From positions 192,001-256,000 of the forward strand of contig CAVRJM010000001.1 of NCBI GenBank assembly GCA_963722075.1: a stretch of 64,000 nt of DNA, given 5' to 3'. The DNA comes from Candidatus Babeliales bacterium (GTDB lineage: Bacteria > Babelota > Babeliae > Babelales > JANWKD01). The notes beneath the pieces are model-generated. The model did no database searches and was not told the DNA's origin. It was given only the letters and a program-made list of their open reading frames with translations. The position numbers were made by a program, and so were the translations under genes. Positions 21,575-29,799 of this stretch are shown here, piece by piece; within the stretch, counting starts at the first letter, position 1, and every line of letters begins with the position of its first letter.

Positions 21575-22045
21575 ATGAAAATAAAGTTGTTTACACTGTT
21601 TTTAATGGTTAGCCTTGGAATGGGTACAGTATCTCTTCGGGCAATGGATAGCAAAAAGGTAATTGATTGGGATCGTAGGTATGATGCATTCGAGCAAGGA
21701 GCAGCTACAGCAGAAACTGGGAGGCCAGATCGGAGATGGCAAAGGGTAAGAAATCAGCAGGAAGATGATCTCATTGGTAATCGAACTTCAACAGGATCAC
21801 AGTATCCAAATACATCCTATTATAATCCTAGCAATCATTCATCTGGTAAATCTACTTTTTTCTTAATAAAAGATTACCTAAAATGGGGTTTGAGTGGTGG
21901 ATTATTGGCAACAGCAGTTGGTTTTGTTGGTTATGAAGTATATAAACATGGTTGGGATTATCAATCATACCGAAAACTAAAGATAGTTGGTGGTCTTTAC
22001 TGTGGCGCATTATCTCTTCTTGCTTATAAATTTTTTAATGACTAA
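21575..22045 (+). CDS. Secreted protein with two C-terminal TM helices
   Basis: GAGG RBS; signal peptide ending RA-MD; low-complexity middle; TM pair. Confidence 0.75.
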   Translation: MKIKLFTLFLMVSLGMGTVSLRAMDSKKVIDWDRRYDAFEQGAATAETGRPDRRWQRVRNQQEDDLIGNRTSTGSQYPNTSYYNPSNHSSGKSTFFLIKDYLKWGLSGGLLATAVGFVGYEVYKHGWDYQSYRKLKIVGGLYCGALSLLAYKFFND

Positions 22046-22057
22046 ATTCGGACGTCT

Positions 22058-22654
22058 ATGAAGAACATATTTTTTCTTACGGTAGCTTTAACACTATTTT
22101 CTACCCATCAAATGAAGGCAATGAAGGCATATTCAACGGATGCCGGGCAACCAATGCCTACAGATGTAGCATTTGATCATCGTAATCATATTGCCTCAAC
22201 TGAAGATCATTATTATTTATTTCAGATGGATGCCCAGGATGCATAGGCAATTGGCTGTGTGGTAAATGATATGATGAGAGATCGAAATGAGCTTTGTCAT
22301 CAACGATCTTTTAGAGACTTACATCGAAATGATGCAAGCAGCGCAGAAGCGTCATCTTCTACAGCTACTGCTTCGTCATCTCAGAATCCAAATCAGCAGA
22401 TTAGAACGTACGTTCGTCCCAATCCCATCTGGAATCCAGATTCAAAAGATAAAGCTATGAATAATGCTGAACGCACTATTGTAAGATAGTTTGGTTATGG
22501 AATTTCCTCGGGGCTATTTATAGGTGGCATTTCGTGTATGTGTTTTGGCATGTATAATCAGAGCGGGTATAAAGTATATGGTGCTGGCTTAGGCTTATTA
22601 AGCGGAGCAGGATTTGGTTGCCTTATCACTTGGTTAAAAACAAGAGCGCGATAA
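22058..22654 (+). pseudogene. Secreted two-TM protein interrupted by two in-frame TAG codons
   Basis: One frame runs 22058-22654 with TAG at 22244 and 22487; the last segment FGYGISSGLFIGG..GAGLGLLSGAGFGCLITWLK mirrors the architecture of 21575-22045. Confidence 0.7.
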
Positions 22655-22745
22655 AAGAATTTGTAATACTTAATTTCATCTGATTTTTTTGTTACACTAG
22701 CATAAGTATCAAATTTGTATAATTCTTCTCATAAAGAAATCGCTC

Positions 22746-24251
22746 ATGAAAAAAGATGTAACACCGCAAGAGCTGATCGATTTAGCTGCGGATGAACATA
22801 TTTCCCAAGAACATACCGTTCGTTTGCAAAAAGTAATTGAATTGCAGAAATTAGGGGTTAACCCCTGGCCTGAAGCCGAACCAGTGACTGCCGAATGCCA
22901 CCAAGTAATTACTCAATATTCTGAGAATGCAACCCAAGAATATAAGATTGCCGGGCGTTTGCTTACCATTCGCGGGCATGGCAAAACGGTTTTTGCAACG
23001 ATTCAAGATAGCTCTGGGAAAGTGCAGATTTACCTCAAAAAAGAAGAGCTTGGCGAACAACAAATTGATCTATTTCAACGCTTTATTGATATTGGCGATA
23101 TTATTTGGGTAACTGGTACCTCATTTACCACCAAAACGGGAGAAATCACACTCAAGGTGACTTCGTTTAAGCTGCTGAGCAAATGTTTATACCCATTGCC
23201 TGAAAAATTTCATGGCTTAACTGATATTGAAACGAAATATCGGCAACGATACCTAGATTTAATTACCAATCAAATTTCTCGTTCTAAATTTATAAAACGA
23301 TCCTTATTGATAGCTTCTCTACGAGCATTTTTAAATAAACATGGTTTTATGGAAGTTGAAACACCGATGTTGCACCCGATAGCTGGCGGTGCGGCAGCGC
23401 GTCCTTTTATTACGCATCACAATGCATTAAGTAGTGATTTTTATTTGCGCATTGCTCCAGAACTATATTTAAAAAGATTGGTAGTGGGTGGCTTTGAGCG
23501 GGTGTATGAAATTAATAGAAACTTCAGAAATGAAGGAATTTCTACGCGCCATAATCCAGAATTTACCATGCTTGAATTTTATATGGCTAATCATGATTAT
23601 ATTTTCATCATGGATTTTGTAGAAAGCTTACTCAAAACGATTATTCGCACCGTTGATGAAGCCGGTAAGATTCCTTTTGGTGAGCATACTTTAGATTTTG
23701 GGGTGCCATTTGCTAAAATGAGCATCAAAGAAGCAGTGATGAAGTATGGAAAGTTTACTGAAGCTGATCTTACTGAAGATCATATTGATTCAATATTGCA
23801 TGATCAAGCAATCGTACTTGAAAATAAAGAAGCATCGCTGGGGCAAAAAATATTCGCACTTTTTGAAAAAATTGTAGAGCCGCAACTTATTCAACCTACC
23901 TTTATTACCCATTTTCCTATTGAAATTTCCCCCTTATCAAAACGTGATGCCAACAATCCTGAATACGCAGCTCGTTTTGAACTTTTTATTGGTGGCATGG
24001 AAATTGCTAATGGTTTTAATGAATTAAATGATCCCTTTGATCAAGCAGAACGCTTTAAGGAACAATTAAAAGCTCACGCGGCTGGTGATCCTGAAGCCCA
24101 TCAATATGATGCTGATTATATTTTGGCATTAGAATATGGCTTAGTACCAACCGTTGGGGTGGGGATTGGTATTGATCGATTAACTATGCTTGCTACTAAT
24201 ACTACTTCTATTAAAGATGTTATTCTATTTCCGACATTAAAGAAAAAGTGA
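22746..24251 (+). CDS. lysS: Lysine--tRNA ligase (class II)
   Basis: YRQRYLDL, EVETPML, GGAAARPFITHHN, LRIAPELYLKRL, FRNEG, HNPEFTMLE, GIGIDRL. Confidence 0.98.
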   Translation: MKKDVTPQELIDLAADEHISQEHTVRLQKVIELQKLGVNPWPEAEPVTAECHQVITQYSENATQEYKIAGRLLTIRGHGKTVFATIQDSSGKVQIYLKKEELGEQQIDLFQRFIDIGDIIWVTGTSFTTKTGEITLKVTSFKLLSKCLYPLPEKFHGLTDIETKYRQRYLDLITNQISRSKFIKRSLLIASLRAFLNKHGFMEVETPMLHPIAGGAAARPFITHHNALSSDFYLRIAPELYLKRLVVGGFERVYEINRNFRNEGISTRHNPEFTMLEFYMANHDYIFIMDFVESLLKTIIRTVDEAGKIPFGEHTLDFGVPFAKMSIKEAVMKYGKFTEADLTEDHIDSILHDQAIVLENKEASLGQKIFALFEKIVEPQLIQPTFITHFPIEISPLSKRDANNPEYAARFELFIGGMEIANGFNELNDPFDQAERFKEQLKAHAAGDPEAHQYDADYILALEYGLVPTVGVGIGIDRLTMLATNTTSIKDVILFPTLKKK

Positions 24252-24259
24252 CAATCTTA

Positions 24260-25102
24260 TTATTCAGATTCTTCTTCTAGTTCTTCATTACACAGCAAAG
24301 AACTTATAGAACTTATGCCAACTTGTAATGCTTGATTTGAATCTTGAACTGGTGGGTGGTATTTGGTGATATGATTTTGTAACTCACTAGGACGTCGAAA
24401 GCTTTTCAAACAGATAGAGCATCGGTGCGGTTTGCCATCATGGGAATTCTTAATATGAGCGCTCAGTTCTTTTTTAGCGTTAAAAGCCTGATGGCATGTC
24501 CCATCTGGGCAAGTAAGTTGTAATGTTGATTTATGCTGATCAGATATATGACTTTTAAGGGTATTCTCCGTAGAGAATATTTTGAAGCATTGTGCGCAAG
24601 TGTAGTTTGATTTATTATGAATCTCTTGATGCATTTTTAACTTATAAGGACGTGGAAATCTTTTCAAGCAGATAGAGCATTGGTGTGCTTTGCCATCGTG
24701 AGCGCTCTTAATATGTTCGCTACGTTCTTTTTTAGTGGCAAAAGTCTTACGGCATTTTATATCTGGACAAGTAAACTCTACTCGATCTCGTTTTCTTTTA
24801 TGAGAATTGGTATTAGCATTACCATCATTATTAATAGCAGCGTTTTGATTATCCAAAGGATTGTTATCAATGCTTGTAGTAGAATCTTCATTTTCTTCTT
24901 CTTCAACTAATGGTTCTTTATCTATTAAACCATCATTTATTAAAGCATCATAATCTTCGGTTTCAAACGGAATTAAAAGGGTGTCGTCTTCTTCCATAAA
25001 TTCAGCCCAAGAAGAAATAGGTGAATTTTGATCATGCTCCATTGGCTGTGCTAGAAAAGGAAATAAGGCGATAATAAGTATAAAAAAGATAGGTAATCTC
25101 AT
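24260..25102 (-). CDS. Secreted C2H2 zinc-finger protein (about 5 fingers) with NLS
   Basis: Signal peptide then MEH; acidic region; HKRKR; five Cx2-4C..H..H fingers with HDGK(A/P)H linkers. Confidence 0.88.
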   Translation of the reverse strand: MRLPIFFILIIALFPFLAQPMEHDQNSPISSWAEFMEEDDTLLIPFETEDYDALINDGLIDKEPLVEEEENEDSTTSIDNNPLDNQNAAINNDGNANTNSHKRKRDRVEFTCPDIKCRKTFATKKERSEHIKSAHDGKAHQCSICLKRFPRPYKLKMHQEIHNKSNYTCAQCFKIFSTENTLKSHISDQHKSTLQLTCPDGTCHQAFNAKKELSAHIKNSHDGKPHRCSICLKSFRRPSELQNHITKYHPPVQDSNQALQVGISSISSLLCNEELEEESE

Positions 25103-25193
25103 TTATTCTCCTTGTTAACTTTTTTACTAATTTTTTTAATAAATGGCTTAAATTGAATCTATTTTTATTCTATAAAATAGGTATATAGTTATT

Positions 25194-25221
25194 ATTTTAT
25201 AGAAAATTATCAATTTGTCAA
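25194..25221 (-). promoter_or_regulatory. Promoter shared by zinc-finger genes (TTGACAAATTG..TAAAAT, 16-nt spacer)
   Basis: Same motif and spacing at 29752-29779, 32192-32219 and 33321-33348. Confidence 0.6.
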
Positions 25222-25288
25222 TAAAATATATGGTTTTGACAGGGCAAATGCCCTAAAAATATCGGATTCAAAAGGCTTTAATAGAATG

Positions 25289-25369
25289 CTGGATTGCTTC
25301 GATAAACTCGCAACGACGTTCTTTTGTTTTCGGCCGCGTCGTCGTCCCGAGCGTAGCGTGGGGATCCAG
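25289..25369. repeat. Pair of palindromic repeat units
   Basis: CTGGATTGCTTCGATAAACTCGCAACGAC plus GTCGTCCCGAGCGTAGCGTGGGGATCCAG. Confidence 0.75.
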
Positions 25370-25580
25370 GCAAAAGTTGATAACCTTTAAATTTTTGGCT
25401 TAAATACTGTACTTTAAATGCGTTTGCCCTGGTTTTTCTATTTTAAAGGGGGGATTATAGACCTTCTATTTTAGCTATAATTGAAAGAAAAATAAGATTA
25501 AAATACCTTGACTTATTCAAATAGAAAATATTATTATTATAATTAGATAAAATATTGGATAATTGAATTGGGGAAATGGT

Positions 25581-27542
25581 ATGAAGAAGCTCTTATTTTC
25601 TTGGCTTATGGCCAGTTGTTGTATGGTGATAATGCAGGTATATACAGGAGCACAGCCAACACGTTCAAAAACAGTTCCAAAAAGCAATACTATAGAAGAT
25701 ACGGGTGAGCCATTTACTCAAAGAATACAAGAGGTCAAAAAAAAGTTAGAAGCACAAAGCGCCGAACCCCAACCATTTTCAAAAGAAAGTTATGCAAAAT
25801 TAAAAGATGATTTAACAACAACGTTTAAGTCAATCGCTAAAAACGTACTTATGAGACAGTTGTATGAACGCACGTGGAATCGGTTAAAAGATCTTGCTAA
25901 CCGTATGCCTACCACTGGTGGCACCAATGTGAGGGTTGATACTGCCTTATCAGCTAATGAAAGATTATTTTTAAGTAAGCGAATGGAAACGGTACGAAAT
26001 GCATTGGAGCAATTTTTAGATACTGATTTATCAGATAGAAGAAAAATAACTGATAATGATTTAAAAATAGCATTTGTGGCAAGTGGCGGGGGCTATCGTG
26101 CTATGATTCTTACGATTGGTTACTTATCTGCGCTGCAGCAAATGGGCTTATATGATGCACTTACGTATGTTTCAACCTTATCAGGATCAAGCTGGGCGTT
26201 AGCACCGATGATTTCGCTTAATTATACACCGCAACATTATAAAGAAAAATTATTAAACTCGATTCAAAATTTAAATCTATTGGCAATTCAAAACGTTCTT
26301 TTTAAATCATTGACCAACATAAATAATCTGGTAGATACCATTATTGTGCCCAAATATTTATATAATCAGCCAATACGCTCCATTGATTTTTATGGATTTA
26401 TGTTAGCGCAAACATTATTAGGAAATGATGGGTATAAATATTATTTATCCGATCAATGGAAGATTCTTAATGATTCTAATAATGCAGGAAAAATACCTTT
26501 TCCTCTTTATTCAGCAATCTCAGTGAGTAAGAAAAAGGACAATACGTATGCTCTGGATTGGTATGAATTTGGTCCGAGCGAAGTGCGCGTGGGTTTCCCG
26601 ACGGAAGATAAAAAAGTTGCTTCATTCAATATACCTACGTATGAATTTGGTAGTGAATTTAATGCAGGAAAGCCTGTTAGAAGTGTCCCTGAAGTAATAA
26701 CGCCATACTATCTAGGGCCTGAACAAATGTTAGGGTACTATTTAGGAATTTTTGGATCTGTCTATTCAATCAATTTTAATAAGATTAATCAATTTGTTTC
26801 TGGTGGAATGGCACAATTATCAAGCGGCGGATTTTCACTCGATTCTGCAAAGAATTATATTGCGATTAGCGCCTTTAACGCGCTTCAAAATTTTAGTAAA
26901 AAAACTACGGAGAACATTTTACCAGCACAAGTATTTAACTTCTTAAAAGGATATGAAGAAGCTCCCGATTATTTACAAACAGCAGACTACCTCACCATGG
27001 GTGATGCGAGCATTGATTATAACATTCCAGCGCGCCCCGTATTATGGCCGTTACGTAATGTAAAAGTATTAATTATTGGCGATTCTTCTTCCAACATAGA
27101 ATCAGCAACCGAATTAAAGCGTTTTTTTGAAGATGCATATAAATTGTATGGCTATCAATATACACGTATTGATACGGGCGATAATAAAACCATTCGTTTT
27201 TATAAAGATTTAAAAAATAGCAAAGCACCACGAGTTGTTTATGTTAATTTTGTAAAAGATATAGATTTAATAGAGCAAGCTAAAATAAAAAATAAAGAAC
27301 TGCGAGATTTAATTGAAGTTACGCGCTTAGAACAATTTGATCCAGTCGCCTGCATTCAAACTAAACCCAATAATTTTTGTGACGCCTTTAATTTTAACTA
27401 TTCCAAAACAGATTATGAACAACTCATTGGTATTTCAGAATTCAACATGAAAGTTAATATAGAGAATATTAAACGCTTTTTAATTGATGAAATGGTAAAA
27501 AATCTGGAAGACGTTAATTTCCCCGTTTTTGGCCAACCGTAA
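25581..27542 (+). CDS. Secreted cPLA2/phospholipase B-type lysophospholipase
   Basis: Signal peptide (start MKKLLF at 25581); ASGGGYRAM oxyanion loop; TLSGSSW catalytic Ser; PFPLYSA, WYEFGP; GDASIDYNIP catalytic Asp region. Confidence 0.82.
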   Translation: MKKLLFSWLMASCCMVIMQVYTGAQPTRSKTVPKSNTIEDTGEPFTQRIQEVKKKLEAQSAEPQPFSKESYAKLKDDLTTTFKSIAKNVLMRQLYERTWNRLKDLANRMPTTGGTNVRVDTALSANERLFLSKRMETVRNALEQFLDTDLSDRRKITDNDLKIAFVASGGGYRAMILTIGYLSALQQMGLYDALTYVSTLSGSSWALAPMISLNYTPQHYKEKLLNSIQNLNLLAIQNVLFKSLTNINNLVDTIIVPKYLYNQPIRSIDFYGFMLAQTLLGNDGYKYYLSDQWKILNDSNNAGKIPFPLYSAISVSKKKDNTYALDWYEFGPSEVRVGFPTEDKKVASFNIPTYEFGSEFNAGKPVRSVPEVITPYYLGPEQMLGYYLGIFGSVYSINFNKINQFVSGGMAQLSSGGFSLDSAKNYIAISAFNALQNFSKKTTENILPAQVFNFLKGYEEAPDYLQTADYLTMGDASIDYNIPARPVLWPLRNVKVLIIGDSSSNIESATELKRFFEDAYKLYGYQYTRIDTGDNKTIRFYKDLKNSKAPRVVYVNFVKDIDLIEQAKIKNKELRDLIEVTRLEQFDPVACIQTKPNNFCDAFNFNYSKTDYEQLIGISEFNMKVNIENIKRFLIDEMVKNLEDVNFPVFGQP

Positions 27543-27543
27543 A

Positions 27544-28188
27544 TTATTGATTGGTTGAATTCTCAGATGATGATGATGTTTCTTCCCCTTCTTGCATAAT
27601 GTCTTTACCGATTTGTGCATCTTGTTCTATTTCTAAATGTTGTTTGCTCTTCTTATGCGCCGGAATATGCTTATTTAATTTAGATTGAGACTCGTAAGCT
27701 TTTGAACAATATTCGCATTTATAAGGCTTCCCATTATGTTGAATTTTCATATGATTAGAGTATTCATAATTTTTTTCGGCAAAAGTTGTACCACAGCCTG
27801 GAAAAGGACAAGTATATGGCTCTTGGATACTATGATCTCTTTGTAAGTGATAAATTAGCTCTTTCTGTTGATTGAAAATTTTACCACATTCTTCAATGGT
27901 ACATTTATATTCTGATATAGAACGTTTTCTTTTACGAGAACTACTAGTTGTAGTTGATGAAGTAGTAGATGAGTTAGTAAGATTTTCTGTAGTTTCCTGG
28001 GTAGTATTTGTAGTATCTATAGAATTCTGTTTTTTGGAATGAAATTTTTTCATATGTGTATTATATGTTTTTTCACTCACAAATTTTGCTTGACATGGTT
28101 TACAATAGCGGTAACTACTTGGATCTCGATGGTTTCTTGCCCGATGCTTTCTTAATGCGTCCGCGGTTGTGGATGCAGAATTAGCCAT
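27544..28188 (-). CDS. C2H2 zinc-finger protein (4 fingers plus a half finger), probably 5'-truncated
   Basis: SRKRKR NLS; QEPYTC and HNGKPYKC linkers; begins with a finger remnant (LRKHRARNH) and has no signal peptide. Confidence 0.8.
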   Translation of the reverse strand: MANSASTTADALRKHRARNHRDPSSYRYCKPCQAKFVSEKTYNTHMKKFHSKKQNSIDTTNTTQETTENLTNSSTTSSTTTSSSRKRKRSISEYKCTIEECGKIFNQQKELIYHLQRDHSIQEPYTCPFPGCGTTFAEKNYEYSNHMKIQHNGKPYKCEYCSKAYESQSKLNKHIPAHKKSKQHLEIEQDAQIGKDIMQEGEETSSSSENSTNQ

Positions 28189-28289
28189 TAATAACCTATT
28201 TCTTACAATTTTAACCGGAGAATTTAGGTTAACTAACGTAAATTATATTTTATTCAGTTCTTTCAATATCAGGCCAAATGGGTAACTTT

Positions 28290-29711
28290 TTAGTTGTTTT
28301 TACTATTGAGCGTCAATAATAATCCAATTAAATCAGTTTCCAAATCTTGATATTGGGTGTTATTGTTGGGGTTATGGTCAGGCTGAGGTCCTTCTTCTTC
28401 TTCTTCTTCGCGGTTTACAACTGATGAAATGGCGGGCGGCATATTTGATAGATTGTGCGCATATGAGTCCACAATTTGAGCAGCATTATTACTCGTTGTT
28501 GATGATACCGTAGCTACATCAGGAACTATTGCAAATGGTGTTTGTTCTTCTTGCTGTATCATCTGATCAGGCCTGTTAGTAGATGCTGCATTACGATCAT
28601 TATAGTTGCTGATATGCTTTTGGAGATCCTCGAATTTTTTAGGGCATTTTGGTACATGTTTATCAAAAATTCTTTTGCTCACATATACAATTGAGCATAT
28701 CGGACATGTATATTTAACTTTGTTGTGAGTCTTTATATGCCGGGTTAAGTCACAGTTGCGTTTAAAAGACTTTCCGCAATCTTCATACTGACATATAAGA
28801 GATTTATCTTGCAATTGAGTAACATTTTCTGTTTGGTTATTTTCTTCTTCTTCTTCTGGTTCTTCCGAATCATAAGATTGGTTACTATTGTTATCTTTCT
28901 TATGATATCTCGATTTATGTTTATATAACGCCGCACGAGTAGGACATTTTGTTGAGCAAATTTCACAAAAAAATCCAGGTTTAGTATGTGTTTCTATATG
29001 TGCATCTAATTGATTAGTACGTTTAAAGGACATATTGCAACCTTTATAGTGACATTTATATCGTTTTTCTTGAACTTGAGTAGCATTTTGTACCGATTGT
29101 GTTGATCGTTTTCTTTTTCGGGAACTGCCGGCTGTTGTATTTATATCATTGTTAGAAGATTCTGGTAATTTACTCTGTTCTTGGGTTGATAAATTTGTAA
29201 GAATGTTAGCATCTTGTTGGTGATGAAGTATGGTATGGATTTCTAAAATATGGGGAAACCGTGATGTTGTCCTGCACCCTTTTAGTGAACATTTAAGACG
29301 TTCTGGTGATGCCATATCTTTATGGTGATTCCTACAATGAGTAGAATAAGTAATAGAATTTTCAAATTTATCGCTGCAATATACACATATAATTGGTAAT
29401 TTTATATGGAATTGCAAATGGCGTCTTAGAAGATTTTCATCATCATCAGAGTATTTTTCCCCGCAACTAGGAATGGCACAGGTAGCGGTATTTTCAGAAC
29501 GATTTATATGATTTTCTTTCATATGCGCTAATAGATCACGATATTTCATTGGAGCTTCGGTGCAACCAGGGCATTGAAATGAATTAACAAATGATTGTGC
29601 TACTTCTGGTTGAGAAACAGCGGTTTGGGTAGGTGGATTAGGATCCTCCATTGCCCTAAAGGTAGTGGGTACTAAACTGATAATAAGTAAAAAAAAGCTC
29701 CATTTATTCAT
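28290..29711 (-). CDS. Secreted C2H2 zinc-finger protein (about 8 fingers) with NLS
   Basis: MNKWSFFLLIISLVPTTFRA-MED; SRKRKR; e.g. CQYEDCGKSFKRNCDLTRHIKTH; acidic tracts; DLIGLLLTLN tail. Confidence 0.9.
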   Translation of the reverse strand: MNKWSFFLLIISLVPTTFRAMEDPNPPTQTAVSQPEVAQSFVNSFQCPGCTEAPMKYRDLLAHMKENHINRSENTATCAIPSCGEKYSDDDENLLRRHLQFHIKLPIICVYCSDKFENSITYSTHCRNHHKDMASPERLKCSLKGCRTTSRFPHILEIHTILHHQQDANILTNLSTQEQSKLPESSNNDINTTAGSSRKRKRSTQSVQNATQVQEKRYKCHYKGCNMSFKRTNQLDAHIETHTKPGFFCEICSTKCPTRAALYKHKSRYHKKDNNSNQSYDSEEPEEEEENNQTENVTQLQDKSLICQYEDCGKSFKRNCDLTRHIKTHNKVKYTCPICSIVYVSKRIFDKHVPKCPKKFEDLQKHISNYNDRNAASTNRPDQMIQQEEQTPFAIVPDVATVSSTTSNNAAQIVDSYAHNLSNMPPAISSVVNREEEEEEGPQPDHNPNNNTQYQDLETDLIGLLLTLNSKNN

Positions 29712-29784
29712 AAAGATATTCCTTTTTAAATAAAATCTATTATATACTATAATTTTATATTAAATTTCCAATTTGTCAATAAAA
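29635..29784. repeat. 150-bp promoter+RBS+signal-peptide cassette, copy 1
   Basis: Matches 32075-32224 with one mismatch seen; a diverged third copy lies at about 33210-33353. Confidence 0.9.
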
Positions 29785-29799
29785 AAAGCATTAAGCTAT

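Noticed and set aside
22244..22489. Genome-wide TAG reassignment
   Set aside because: TAG terminates conserved genes in this window at their expected ends
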